DNA from: Octopus vulgaris
Lineage: Eukaryota
DNA length: 64,000 bases
Direction of reading: 5' to 3'
Assembly: GCA_951406725.2 (NCBI GenBank)
Contig: OX597831.1
Span: 44,330,001-44,394,000 of the forward strand
A program made the position numbers and the translations under genes. The notes beneath the pieces are model-generated. The model did not search any database and was not told the origin of the DNA. It was given only the letters and a program-made list of their open reading frames with translations. Shown here piece after piece: positions 17,084 to 30,256 of the stretch; position 1 is the stretch's first letter, and every line of letters begins with the position of its first letter.

Positions 17084-17828
17084 CCACCACCACCACCATC
17101 TCATCTTCTTCCGCCGACTCTCTTCTCCTCCTCCTCCTTTCCGCCTTTCCTCTCCTCTCCTTCTTTCACTCCTCTACTCTCCCTCTTTCCGTTCTCCTAC
17201 TCTTCCTCATTCCCATCGCCACCTCCCCCTTCCTTTCTCTTTCTAACTCCCACGTTTCGCTTTCCTCGTGTTGCCTTTCATCCATCCATCCATCCATCCA
17301 TCTTTCTTTTTTTTTACCTCTCATTTCCTCTCTTTGTCTCACCATCCTCTCCCTCTCTCTCTCCCTCCCCCTCTTTCATTGTTACATCATCATCACCCCC
17401 ACCACCACCACCACCACCATTACCACCATCATTACTAACATGTCACTTTGTCCACCCCTTCCCATTTAAACACTCTGTCCATTTGAGTGAGTTTCACTCT
17501 TATTTTCTCACCCAACCTTCTATCCGCTCCATACCACTTTCTTCGACATACTATTTCTCTTTATCGCTTCATCTTTGTACATACACACATACATACATAT
17601 ATTTGTGTACATGTTTGTGTGTGATTATATATACACATATATACACACACATATTTACATATATATATATATATCACTATAAGTTTATCCAATTCTCCAT
17701 CTATCAATCTATCTCTATATCTATCTATATGTATACCAATATGTGTGTGTATGTGTATATATATATCCATCTATCTATCTGTCGTCTGTCTGTCTGTGTG
17801 TCTGTCAATCCATCTAGTTTTCTATTTC

Positions 17829-17925
<97 letters not shown>

Positions 17926-18030
17926 AATCTTTCTATAAATCCCTTTCCCTCTCCCTCTTTTTCTCCCCTTCTCTCTCTCTCTTTCTCTCTCTTCCTCTCT
18001 CTCTCTCTCTTTCTCTCTGTATATCTATCT
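15355..18030. repeat. Pyrimidine-rich low-complexity block (CCT/CTT/TCA/CT/CCA/TCTA repeats)
   Basis: Strong C/T strand bias; the long ORFs here are poly-S/P/L artefacts. Confidence 0.95.
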
Positions 18031-18291
18031 AACTGTGCGTTTAAGTGTGTATGTGTGAATAAAAACATGCATGCGTACATTCATACATGCAAATCTTCAC
18101 GAGCACATGCATATATGCATGCTTACAAACAGCCATACACACATATAAACACGTTAATATGCCTTGCTGTCAATGGTTCTCTTCTACACCAGCTTTCTTC
18201 TATTAGTTATTGCCCCATCTATATACCTCAGTGTGTACGGATGTACTATATCTATATACATACATACATGTACATATATATTTATATATAC

Positions 18292-18326
<35 letters not shown>

Positions 18327-18407
18327 CACACATACATACACATATATTGAATCAATGTTGACTGATTGATTGATTGGAAGAGAGATTTACATGTATGTAT
18401 GTATATG

Positions 18408-18463
<56 letters not shown>

Positions 18464-19141
18464 CATTCATTCATACATATATCTATATACATATATTTGA
18501 ACACGTGTGTATATGTGTATACATATATATATATAAATATATGTATATATATATATATATGTATATACTCGCACACACATACACACACACACTCATATAC
18601 ATACATCGATATATATATATATATATAAAGGGGAAGAACTGGAAGGGAAGAGATGGGTACAGAGAGGTGGTATTTAGTTGAGAGAGGTGTAAGAAAGTAA
18701 ATAAGTGAGTGAGTAAGCAAGCAAGCGAGCGAGAGAAGGGAGGGGAGAAAAGGCACAGAGAGAGTGACACAGAGAGAGGGGAAGGGGTAAGAGTGAGAGT
18801 GAGAGTGAGAGTGAGAGTGTACAAATGCAGAGGAGAAGGAGGAGAGGACATCGGTTACTTTTTATCAAGACCAATTTGTTAGATGTCAGCCTTTATATAT
18901 ACTTGCCGTTCGAGAAGTAAGCTCCTGTGTCAGGCTGACCTAGAATCCGAGTCATTCACCGTTGTATCCCAACTACCAACCCTTATAGCGCCCCTCTTCC
19001 ATCTAATTCCAATCTATTCTCTTTCCTTGCTTTCCATAACAGCCTTTTCTCTCCTTCAAAGTGGGTGTCGGTTACTAAGGAGACTTAGCACCAGTACATT
19101 TTGCTTGGGAAAGCGTTAATGTCACGTTGACACCGGCCATT

Positions 19142-19500
19142 ATGGATAGGTAGGTAGGTAGGTAGGTAGGTAGGTAGGTAGGTAGGTAGGCAAGTAGGTA
19201 GGTAGGTAGGCAGGTAGGTAGGTAGGTAGGTGGATGGATGGATGGATCGCTGGATGGATGGATGGATGGATGGATGGATGGATGGATGGATGGATAGATG
19301 GATGGATAGATGGATGGATGGATAGAAGGGTGGATGGATAGATGGGTGGATGGATAGAAGGGTGAATGGATAGATGGATAGAACCATAGATAGATAGATA
19401 GATGGATGGATGGATGGATGGATAGATGGATCAATCGATCGATTGGTAGATAGAAGGAAGGTGGGTTGGTAGGTAGGTAAGTAGGTAATTGGGTAGTTTG
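19142..19500. repeat. (GGTA)n-(GGAT)n-(GATA)n compound tetranucleotide array
   Basis: Direct inspection. Confidence 0.95.
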
Positions 19501-20774
19501 GTAATCTGAAAGACAAACACGCAGATAAATATAGAGACAGCCTTGCTTAACGGGTGGAGGGATGTGTGGATAAAATGGATAGATAGGTAGGTAGATAAAT
19601 AAATAGGTAGATTGACAGGGAGATGGGAGGTGGGGGCAGGGAGAGGGGGATGGGGGTTGGAAAGGGATGTTAGATATGTTCAATTAATTGATGGATTGAA
19701 TGATTGATTGATTTATTAGAAATATAATTAGATTGAATAAGGAGTGTTTGTGCATGTGAGAGATGAATTGATGGATCCATGGATCTATACGATTGATGAA
19801 TATATGGATAGATAGAAGATCGATAAATGGTTGAATAGGTGTGTGGGAATTAATAGATTAGTTGTACTCGGGAAATATTGTGAGTACACCGTTGCATTAG
19901 TATTCCAAGTAATTTAGAATTTGCTTCAATGCATTGGAATTTTAATTCTTAGAGGTGTAATGTTGTTGTTGTTGTTGTCGTCGTTTAAACCCGGGCTAGC
20001 TCTGAACGGACGGGCCTATGATCGAAGGCACTCCATCTATGACCATCCCCCCACTTTTCTTCTTTTATTTTAATAATCGACGTGGATGGGTGGACGTTTA
20101 AAAAACTCGCTTCTCAATCCTGTTATTTTCGGGTTCAGAGACGCTGTGTCCCACCTTGGGGCAAATGTCTTCTGCTACAGCGCCGGGCCGACCAATGCTT
20201 TGAGAGTGAATTTGGTGGACGGAAACTGTGCGAAGCCCGTCGTATATATGTATATTTATATACGTGTGTGTGTGTATGTTTGTGTATCTGTGTTTGTCCC
20301 CCCAACATCGCTTGACAACCGATGCTGGTGTGTTTACGCCCCCGTAACTTAGCGGTTCGGCAAAAGAGAACGATAGAATAAGTGCTAGTACATACATACA
20401 TTACATACATACATATATACATGCATACATGTGCGTGTGAGTGTGAACGTATGTATGTGTGGATGCATGTGTTTGTACTTGTGCTATGTTTGTGTCCTCA
20501 CCCCCATCACTATCGGTTGAGAGCCCTTGCTGGCTTCTTTAAGTCCCCGTAAGTTAACGATTCGGCAAGAGAGACCGATAGAATAATTACCACACTCGAA
20601 GGAAAAAAACTAGCAAAAATACTGGGGTCTATTTGTTTGACTAAGCCATTGGTTTCCAACCAGGGACCTATAGCCCTTGAGATTTTGATATGGCCCTGTG
20701 GGGTCCAGATAATACTTTTTTGTCAACATTCATGTGCAGTAAAATTGTTTATATTTCTACAATACATAAAATAT

Positions 20775-21175
20775 GTGGCTGTGTGGTAAGTAGCTTGCTT
20801 ACCAACCACATGGTTCCGGGTCAGTCCCACTGCGTGGCACCTTGGGCAAGTGTCATCAACTATAGCCTTGGGCCGACCAAAGCCTTGTGAGTGGATTCGG
20901 TAGAGGGAAACTGAAAGAAGCCCGTCGTATATATGTATATTTATATACATGTGTGTGTGTGTGTTTGTGTATCTGTGTTTGTCCCCCCAACATCGCTTGA
21001 CAACCGATGCTGGTGTGTTTACGCCCCCGTAACTTAGCGGTTCGGCAAAAGAAAACGATAGAATAAGTACTAGGCTTACAAAGAATAAGTCCCGGGGTCG
21101 ATTTGCTCGACTAAAGACAGTGCTCCAGCATGGCCACAGTTAAATGACTGAAATAAGTAAAAGAGTAAAAGAGTA
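20775..21175 (+). mobile_element. SINE family A
   Basis: Head, internal (TA/TG)n and tail ...CCAGCATGGCCACAGTTAAATGACTGAAATAAGTAAAAGAGTAAAAGAG. Confidence 0.9.
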
Positions 21176-21182
21176 TAAAAAG

Positions 21183-21398
21183 AAGGCGGCGAGCTGGTAG
21201 AATCGCTAGCATGCCGGACAAAATGCTTAGCGGCATTTTATCCGTCTTTACATTATGGGTTCAAATTCCGCTGAGGTCGAATTTGCCTTTCCTCCTTTCG
21301 GGGTTGATAAAATAAGTACCAGTTGCGTACTGGGGTCGATGTAGTTGAGTTTCCTCCTCGCTCGAAATTGTTGGTTTTGTGTCAAAATGTGAAACCAA
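21183..21398 (+). mobile_element. SINE family B
   Basis: AAGGCGGCGAGCTGGTAGAATCG head and shared body. Confidence 0.85.
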
Positions 21399-21841
21399 TG
21401 CTTAATAATAAAAACATAACAGGATTTTTTTAAACATCGAATGAGGGTCCACCTGAGTAAAAGAGGAATCAAAGGGATCCGTAGGTAAAGAATGGTCGAG
21501 AACCACTGAGCTAAAATCCTTTAAGGTGGGGCTCCAGCATGGCCACAGTCCAAGTAAAAGATGGAGACATCGAATACGTCGTTTGAAGTTTCTTAATCAT
21601 TTTTCCTTTTTTTTAACGAGAAGTTGTAATTTCAAGGAAATTGGTTTCTATTTCCAGCAAGTTATAGTGGCATGAACGTGTATGACGAGATGTATTACAA
21701 GTTATGTAATACATTCGGAGTACCGCAATATATCAGTAGACTGATATACTACTAGGAGTACCGCCATCTACCATGGAGACCGTTAGTTAGATATATGGAC
21801 AAATATGTATATACACATATATATATATATATATATATATA

Positions 21842-22123
21842 TGCAACAGCCTGGGTTTCAAGGGCCCACAGCTCTTTAATATTCTCCCAAAGAGTCTGAG
21901 GAACTTGCACAAAGTAGATGTAGCGGTTTTTAAATCAAAGCTGGACATCTTCCTGTCAAGAGTCCCAGATGAACCTACCTCACGGCAAGAGGTGCAAATG
22001 AGAGTAGCTGTATCAAACTCTATTCTTCACCAAGTGCCACATATTAGACGAGGTTCGTCGTAATAACAGTGTAGCACAAAACGGCGGTGCATCAGCATGG
22101 CCGCAGCTCTGAACTGAAACTAG
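21842..22123 (+). mobile_element. 3' end of a CR1/L2-group LINE with A-tail
   Basis: CNSLGFKGPQLFNILPKSLRNLHKVDVAVFKSKLDIFLSRVPDEP..SNSILHQ, then a short 3'UTR and poly(A). Confidence 0.8.
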
Positions 22124-22130
22124 AAAAAAA

Positions 22131-22189
<59 letters not shown>

Positions 22190-22510
22190 TTACTTGTTTC
22201 AGTCGTTGGACTGCGGCCATTCTGGTGAACCTAATTAAAGAGCTTTATTCGAAGTAATCGACCCCATGTCTTGTTCTTTGTAAGCCTAGTACTTATTCCA
22301 TCGGCCACTTTTTCAGCGAATCGCTAAGTTACGGAGACATAAACACACCAGCATATATATATATGACAGGCTTCTTTCAATTTCCGTCTACCGTATCCGC
22401 TCTCAAGGCTTTGGTAGGCCCGAGTCTATAGTAGAAGACACTTGCCCGAGGCGCCATGCAGAGGGACTGAACTCGGAACCATGTGGTTGGGTAGCAAGCT
22501 TCTTACCACA
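22190..22510 (-). mobile_element. SINE family A (diverged)
   Basis: Similarity to the other copies. Confidence 0.8.
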
Positions 22511-22542
22511 CACCCATATATAAATACATATATATATATAAA

Positions 22543-22627
<85 letters not shown>

Positions 22628-22854
22628 TTTTATTAAACCAGCAAAATCTTCACATAACTGCTTCTCAGAGTTTCTCGTTGTCGTCCGTCGGACAGTTGTG
22701 ATGAGTATTCCCGACGAACGGGAACGTGAAACTCTGAGAAGCAGTTATATGAAAATTTTGCAGCTTTAATAAAAGCATATTACTCTACCTTAGGTATTCG
22801 AGTACTATTTTTCCACCATGTTTCGTATTTATGTACTTACACGCAAGTGTGTTT

Positions 22855-22855
<1 letters not shown>
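22628..22855 (+). mobile_element. Short PLE-type insertion: about 52-bp inverted arms, decayed hammerhead, tail
   Basis: Arms 22628-22679 / 22723-22775; gTGATGA-GTATTCCCG acgaa CGGGAACGT-GAAA-CTCTGAG-aA. Confidence 0.7.
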
Positions 22856-22945
<90 letters not shown>

Positions 22946-22947
22946 TA

Positions 22948-22990
<43 letters not shown>

Positions 22991-23118
22991 TTATATATAT
23001 ATATTTATTTATATATATGTGTGTGTGTGTGTGTGTGGTGTTTTATGAGAATTTATGGAAATGTATTCCGTAGAAGCTCAACAAATATGTTAAATGAAGA
23101 AGAGATGTCAAAATTTAA

Positions 23119-23182
<64 letters not shown>

Positions 23183-23205
23183 ATGTATGTTTGTATGAAT
23201 ATACG

Positions 23206-23242
<37 letters not shown>

Positions 23243-23686
23243 ATGTGTTTGTTTGTATGTATGTATGTATGTATGTATGTATGTATGTATGTATGTATGT
23301 ATGTATGTATGTATGCTTATGTGCAACCGTTAATCCAGACACGCTTTGTTCTTGTTTTTTGTTTCCTCTCTCTCCATTTATTTTCTCTCCTCATTCCTTT
23401 CTGTAGAAGACTCTTCCATTTTTCCTGAGTGTCAAATTAATACACCTTGCTTGTTGTTCCTTCACCTGTCTCTGTCTTGTGAGTAAATGCAAAAATCACG
23501 AACCAACGTGCTAGCCACTTTGTATGACATGTACAACAATCCTCTCATGTCCAGTCTGTTGATCGCTGGCTGGATTAACGTCTCATAGGAGACATAGATA
23601 TCAGAACATCAGAACTTGGAAAAAAGAAAACAAAAAAAAAACTGTTAGAACTTCATACGTCAAAATCGACAGGAGAATCCATAATT

Positions 23687-23861
<175 letters not shown>

Positions 23862-23894
23862 GTGTGTGTGTTTATGTATGTATGTATGTATGTA

Positions 23895-24377
23895 TATCAT
23901 TATTCAGTTTTACTTCAAGACTTCTTGGCAATAGAGGAAAAGTCGGTTTCTAACCTAGACCCATGCTCCTTAATTGGAATTTCAACATTATCAACAGGGT
24001 ATTTTTGTATGTATGTATGTATGTATGTATGTATGTATGTATGTATGTATGTATGTATGTATGTATGCATGCATGTATGCATGCATGTGTGTGTGAATAC
24101 GTGCAGATTTGTATGTTTTGTTTTATGCATGTATTCTCATGCACATAGTAGTATATCTAGATATGCTCATATATACTTAAATGATAAACTTCTGTAAAGT
24201 TTTACTGATTTTTAATGTTCCAGTGATGGTTTAGATCTGTAGTCTTCGAATCAGATTTCTCCTTTCTGGTTTCGAGAAGCCTAATTTCTCAAGATAGGTA
24301 TTTAGGCAGTGTGTTACATATCCCAGTGCTCCAATAATTACAGGTGTGAACCTGAACTTGTAATCTGGATAGAGAAC

Positions 24378-24378
<1 letters not shown>
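23895..24378 (-). mobile_element. 3' end of RLE-type non-LTR retrotransposon in (TATG)n
   Basis: YPDYKFRFTPVIIGALGYVTHCLNTYLEKLGF; closely similar to 62993-63452; flanked by (TATG)n. Confidence 0.85.
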
Positions 24379-24408
<30 letters not shown>

Positions 24409-25022
24409 TGTATGTATGTATGTATGTATGTATGTATGTATGTATGTATGCATGCATGCATGTATGTAAGTATGTATGTATGTATGTATGTATGTATGTA
24501 TGTATGTATGCATGCATGCATCTATGTATGTATGTATGTATGTATGTATGTATGTATGTATGTATGTATGTATGTACTGGATATGACATTAAACTGTATC
24601 CGATGATGAGACTCCAGGTCGGGAGTTTTGTAGTTTTGGGGAGCATTGTGTTATCCCACAATTGCCATTACTCCCAGGTTAAATAGATTTCCCGTGGGTA
24701 GAGGATGCTTCCGTTATTTTTGACAAAGCTGTGAGGAAAACAGCTCTTCTAAGAGAAAGATACTCTGATATAAGACTTGCAGTCAAAATATTACTAGCCA
24801 TCTTGCAATGTTTGTCACTGCAACTTAATATGGCGACCGAGAAAGTGACTCAAGTGTTGGATGGGCTTGTGTCCCTTAAATTCAATGATGTATAGCTATC
24901 TCACTTGTGAGACGGCAGACGTCTCACAAGATAAAACAATCATCCTATAAGCATATGTGGAGGTATGTATGTATGTATGTATGCATGTATGTATGTATGT
25001 ATGTATGTATGTATGTATGTAT

Positions 25023-25390
25023 GACTTCTTTTAGTTTTCTTTAAGTTCTTCGAGAGAGTGTTCAAGCCGGTCGCTAACAAAGTGACAAGCCTTCTTGAAT
25101 CAAGAGAGTTCCCGGTGTTTGTAAATATGTGGTTGTGTTGCTGAGTCGGTTGAACTGCCGACGCACTCACCTAAGCTTGTGTGTCTACCAACGTAAGAAT
25201 CTCAGATAGAGAATTATTTTACAATGTCTTACAAGTCCTCACTGTGCCACTAATAAATTAGATTTGGAGAATCTGCGTCAGTTTCTTTTGCACTTTTTCT
25301 GTGAAACCGAGTATTCCCAGATTTTTGTACAAATTTGTTGGTACATAACCTAATGTACCTATGATGATAAGTACAAATGAAAATTCATAG
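25023..25390 (-). mobile_element. 3' end of a related RLE-type retrotransposon subfamily
   Basis: YEFSFVLIIIGTLGYVPTNLYKNLGILGF; (TATG)n on both sides. Confidence 0.75.
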
Positions 25391-25584
25391 TATGTATGTA
25401 TGTATGTATGTATGTATGTATGTATGTATGTATGTATGTATGTATGTATGTATGTATGTATGTATGTATGTATGTGTGAATGTTTATGGCAAAGACTTGA
25501 CTTTCTGGAAAGTATTGAAATATACGACTGTGTTCGAGTTTTACTTTTCACGGAGATTTTTTCATATGTGTGTGTGTATGTGTG

Positions 25585-25631
<47 letters not shown>

Positions 25632-25661
25632 GTGTGTGTGTGTCTGTGTGTGTGTGTGCGT

Positions 25662-25961
25662 GGAGGCGCAAAGGCCCAGTGGTTAGGGCAGCGAACTCGC
25701 GGTCGTAGGATCGAGGTTTCGATTCCCAGACCGGGCGTTGTGAGTGTTTATTGAGTGAAAACACCTAAAGTTCCACGAGGCTCCGGCAGGGATGGGGGCG
25801 ATCCCTGCTGTACTCTTTCACCACAACTTTCTCTCGCTCTTTCTTCTGTTGGCCTGCTCGCTTAGCCAGCGGGGTGGCGTCATTTGAAGGCTAAAACAAT
25901 GCGAAGCGCATTGTGGCCAGCGATGTGTAGCAACATCTGATAGCCTGGTTGGTCACGTGAT

Positions 25962-25968
<7 letters not shown>
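25662..25968 (+). mobile_element. SINE family C
   Basis: GGAGGCGCAAAGGCCCAGTGGTTAGG head, B-box GGTTTCGATTCCC, full tail. Confidence 0.9.
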
Positions 25969-26028
<60 letters not shown>

Positions 26029-26148
26029 TAATATTTCCTTACACTTTTAGAGCAGTAAAATTCCTAAATTCATTATCACCGTTTATAAACTTTCGAAGTT
26101 TATTTATCAAGATGATTTGTTGTTATTGCATATTGCTGCCTCTTTATA

Positions 26149-26600
26149 TTAGCTAGAACAAATCCGATTATTGTAGACGGTACCATTTGAATTTGGAATT
26201 TTCACAATTATGCCATCATTCAGATATTTACTGTTGTTTCTGGCTATTGTATGTGATCGTGTATTTATTTTAGTATAGTGCTGTATCCCATCATTAATCG
26301 TCCATTTTTTGAGAGATATTCTGTTGTCCACTAATGCTATCCCATCTAGTGTTGCGTTGTGTAGTATAGTACTTGTAATTGCCACCTGTTTTCTCTCGAT
26401 AGTTGCTGTTGCGAAAGAGATAGTATGGAAGACGAGAGTGAAAGGAATTGCAACAGGCATGTTCGTCTCCAGTCTCGAGCTAATAGACTTTTTCGTTTTC
26501 CACATGAAATGGAAAATAAGGCTGGAGAAGAAATGCCTGTCGCAAAGTGTGTTTCGTAGAAGATGGAAGTATATAACAAGTATGTTGCGAGTGAAAGAAC
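26149..26600 (-). CDS. Possible terminal exon or unidentified ORF (about 150 codons)
   Basis: Pyrimidine tract plus AG at 26602-26601, open frame to TAA at 26149, AATAAA at 26104-26099; no recognisable domain. Confidence 0.2.
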
Positions 26601-27055
26601 CTGATTAAACGAGAATATAAAAAAGAAAAATCAAAGTCTTAAGTGTGAGTATGTGGTTTTGGGGGTCGACCACGTCCTCCGCTTCATTTTTTTTGTAAAT
26701 CACTCATTCTCATTTAATTGTATATATTTTAATTGTTTGTTTATTCATACGTTTCGTCTCATTCGATACCCTGACACCAATGTTTGTTTTGTCTGTCCTC
26801 GTATCGTCCCCTCTTTTTCTCAACCTCATGGTTAATAAAGAAATTGACTGTGAGTCGGCGAAAGAGTGTCATATTTGTATGACCAGTATTAACAGTTGCA
26901 GTCGTGAAGTTTACAGCTTTCACGTTTGCAATCGAATTTATAAATTACATTGGTATTGGTAGTTTGTTTATACGTATACTTGTTTTTGGCTTGCTAGTGA
27001 CGAGAATTTTGTTTTTAAATTTGATTGTTTTTTGTAGTATATTATTAGTGTTGTA

Positions 27056-27300
27056 GAGGTACGTGACTTAGTGGATAGGGTGTTGCACTAATAATCGCAA
27101 GTTTGTGATTTCGATTCATGAACCAGGTGATGTGTTATGTTCTCGAGCAAAACATGTCATTTCACGTTGCTCCAGTCCAGTCAGCTGTGAAAATGAGTAA
27201 TCCTGTGACCATCCGGTCTCCCGCCCAGGCGAAGGAGAACATATACGCCACAGAATCCAAGAAACCAGGCCTGTGAACCTATGGCTCGGGTAGGGCTATA
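27056..27300 (+). mobile_element. SINE family D variant inserted in the PLE, with target-site duplication
   Basis: Flanking gtatattattagtgt (about 27037) and atatattatcagtgt (about 27314) duplicate the PLE TLIIY codons. Confidence 0.75.
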
Positions 27301-27368
27301 GATCTTTTTTTTTATATATTATCAGTGTTAAATTATTGTTTGGTATATTGTATTATATCTTCTGTTTT

Positions 27369-27702
27369 GAAGGCGCATGGCTCAATGGCTAGAACATTGG
27401 GCTCACAATCATGAGGTTGTGAGTTCAATTCCAGGACTTGGCCGTATGTTGTGTTCTTGAACAAGACACTTTACTTCACATTGTTCCAGTTCACTCAGCT
27501 GTAGAAATGAATTGCGACGTTACTGGTGCCAAGCTGCATCGGCCTTTGCCTTTCCCTTCGATGACATCGGGGTCTTCGAAAGAGTAGGCTGACATCCATG
27601 GACAACTGCTGGTCTTCTACAAACAACCTTGCCCGGACTTGTGCCTCGGAGACGGGAGGAACTTTCTAGATGCAATCCCATGCCATTTGTGACTGAGGGG
27701 GA
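27369..27702 (+). mobile_element. SINE family D
   Basis: Matches 3726-4062. Confidence 0.85.
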
Positions 27703-28649
27703 TCGTTACCCTTTTACCCTTGATCTGTTTTACGAAGTTTTTGATAATGTGTTCATCTTTTCTATAGTTAATATGCATTTGACTTATATAATACATCTTA
27801 TTTGTGACTTGTGCAATTTTAAATGTCTGTTATCTTTATTACGTTGTATTTCTTCCTCTTTTGTTCTGAGACTTGGTCTTTAAATCTGTCAGAATATCCG
27901 TTGTTGATTAGAATTTGTTATATTCTGCTGGTTTCTTTATCTACTGTTTTCTGTATGAAGAGGAATCTTTCAGTAAAGATTTTAAATAAAGATTTTACCA
28001 CAAATATTTTGTATCAGCAGAAACGTTTCGATGTTGCCATGTAAATATTACATGTGTATATGTATGTTCATATCGTTGTGTTGCTAGAAGCTTTATTTGT
28101 ACTATTCTAAGTATCGAATTCTTTTCTAGGTCTTCCTAAGATTTCTCTGCATCTTCCGGTGCATCCATTATGATGCATATATCGTATGCTTATGTTTCTC
28201 GCCACTTTGTTCTCTATTGTGGCCACATAAAACGCTGCCTCCGTTGACTCTAAGGGAAAGACCATGCTTAATCCAGCTTTTTGCCTTTATAACTTGCCTA
28301 ATAGACAGAATAAGAATAATTCTGTTACAAAGTATCCAAGTAATTTCTTCATCATAACGTTAATGTTTTTTTTGTCTTCTTTTTTTTGTCTTTGTTTTGT
28401 TTTTTTTCTATATGGCTTCTATTGTATCTACAACTGGAATGTTGGCAAACATACTTTCTACATTTAAAATGGCAAATATTGCCTACTTCGCTGGTTTCTT
28501 CTCAGATCTCTAGCAACTCTTCGAATGACAGTATACTATATTTCTTCAGTGTGTATTGTTTGATTATGTTGTTTGATAATGTAGCCATCATCTCTGATGG
28601 TGTATTTATTTGAAATATTATGAGTCGGAGAATATGCTAGGGTGAATTC

Positions 28650-29600
28650 TAGAGCGTTTATCGCTGTAATTTTCCAATTTGCTCGTGAAAGCATTCATGG
28701 AATCGATGAATTTTATAACGTTTATATTCCTTCCTTGCATCTGAAGATTCAGTTTAATCATCTGCTCAAAAATATCAACTAAATAGGCAAGGCACATAAT
28801 TCGTTCCTGATCATTGAAGAAGGTAAAAAAAATTCCTTTATACTCTGACCTTCGAAAAATAATTTGAGCTCGTCGTCTCTAAACTCAGCTATTCGTTCAG
28901 TTACATTCAATTACATTTCCTCTTAAAATCCTTCGAACATTTGATCAAGAAGCAAATGATGGTCTATATTGATGTTAATACAGAACTATTTGTAAAGTCG
29001 AAATTCAGAGGTCTTCTTTCGACAAAATTCACAATTTGAATTGCTTGATCCAAAATGCCCTTTAGTGAAAATGGAAATGTATTTGATGCCAGTATCAAGT
29101 GATGGATCATACACTGAATGCCTTTTACTTTTGGAATTCGCTTTTTCATCCAAACCTCAATTCCAGATTATTTTGTTCATAAAATAATTAGTGTTCCATC
29201 CTTATCTCATCCCAGACATTATGTTACTCAAGGTTTTCTGGTTCTATAAAATATGATACGTCTTCTGAAATATCAAAGTCTTTCCTTAGTAGTTGTTCGA
29301 AGAAGAGAACAAAAGAAAAACTCTCGTCTAAACGAACCTGAGTAAGCATATCTTGCAAACAACCCCCAACCAACAAATGAGAATATAATGCCTCGTCAGT
29401 CGATTAATCAAGTTGAATTGAAAATATGCCAAATGCCGCAAACCTGATCTCCTACACAACTTGATACCTGACACCACTGGCTATGTCACTGATCTTCCAT
29501 TAAGCACTACCGTTTGATAGTAAGGACTGCAGCAAGTTATTTCTCCAATCCATTTTCAACACAATTTCCGCCATTTTAAGAAAACAAAGTTTGATCAAAG
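28650..29600 (-). pseudogene. Decayed Buster/Charlie (ZBED8-like) hAT transposase
   Basis: FSIQLD*STD, IQCMIHHLILASNTFP..AIQIVNFV..RPLN (CxxH motif), LAYLVDIFEQ. Confidence 0.8.
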
Positions 29601-30105
29601 TTCGTCAATTCTATGCAACGATTTTTTACTGCTTTGATTTTCATGTCTACGACATAAGAGATTTCAGTAATTCTTTTAGTTTATGTCTTAGAATATTCCT
29701 GGTAATCTACCTTTATCTATTTTTAGAGTATTCCCATGACATTCATATAAGCTTCCTTTTTTTTCTTGAATTAGGAGAAAACATTCTGTAAATGCCACCT
29801 TAACTTTGGCGTTTTCGTAGAGTCATTTGGTAAGGTTTTTTTTTTCAAGAAAAATAGATTGAGGCCTTTCCTAAGATATACTGAATATAGCAAATATTAC
29901 ATTCGCTCTTGTTACACGCATAAGGGTCAACATTTTTACAATAATAAAAGTCAGAATAAGAATAAGAAAAGACGACTATGAAAGGGATATACTTCAGTTT
30001 TAAAATATATACAGCGGGGTGGCGTCATTTGAAGGCTAAAATAATGCGATGCGCATTGTGACCAGCAATGTGTAGCAACATCTGATAGCCTGGTCGATCA
30101 CAGTG

Positions 30106-30256
<151 letters not shown>

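Larger units (their letters stand above)
20647..21508. mobile_element. hAT/Charlie-like MITE interrupting a SINE A tail and itself interrupted by two SINEs
   Basis: Termini CATTGGTTTCCAACC / GGTCGAGAACCACTG; the host SINE tail resumes at about 21511 (ctaaaatcctttaaggtggggctccagcatgg). Confidence 0.65.
26700..29960 (-). mobile_element. Fragmented Naiad-like Penelope-like retroelement (RT, thumb, GIY-YIG)
   Basis: 28400-28645: LRLIIFQINTP..NNIIKQY..YSILSFEELLEI / NVESMFANIPVVDTI. 27730-28010: YKIFVVKS..ETSRI*QILINNGYS, MYYISQMHINYRKDEHIIK. About 27040: LIIYYKK. 26845-26955: NVIYKFDCKRESC..TGHTNMTLFRRLT. Tentative N-terminal LRKGLN at about 29870. Confidence 0.8.

Noticed and set aside
19057-19104. 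Hairpin with a miR-29-like seed (TAGCACCA)
   Set aside because: Loop too short, stem poorly paired, and the rest of the sequence is unlike miR-29.
23330-23485. PLE-tail-like repeat related in style to 31780-32015
   Set aside because: The ribozyme portion appears deleted; not counted.
25662-25735. tRNA-like sequences at SINE heads
   Set aside because: They continue into multi-copy SINE bodies and lack a proper acceptor stem; not tRNA genes.
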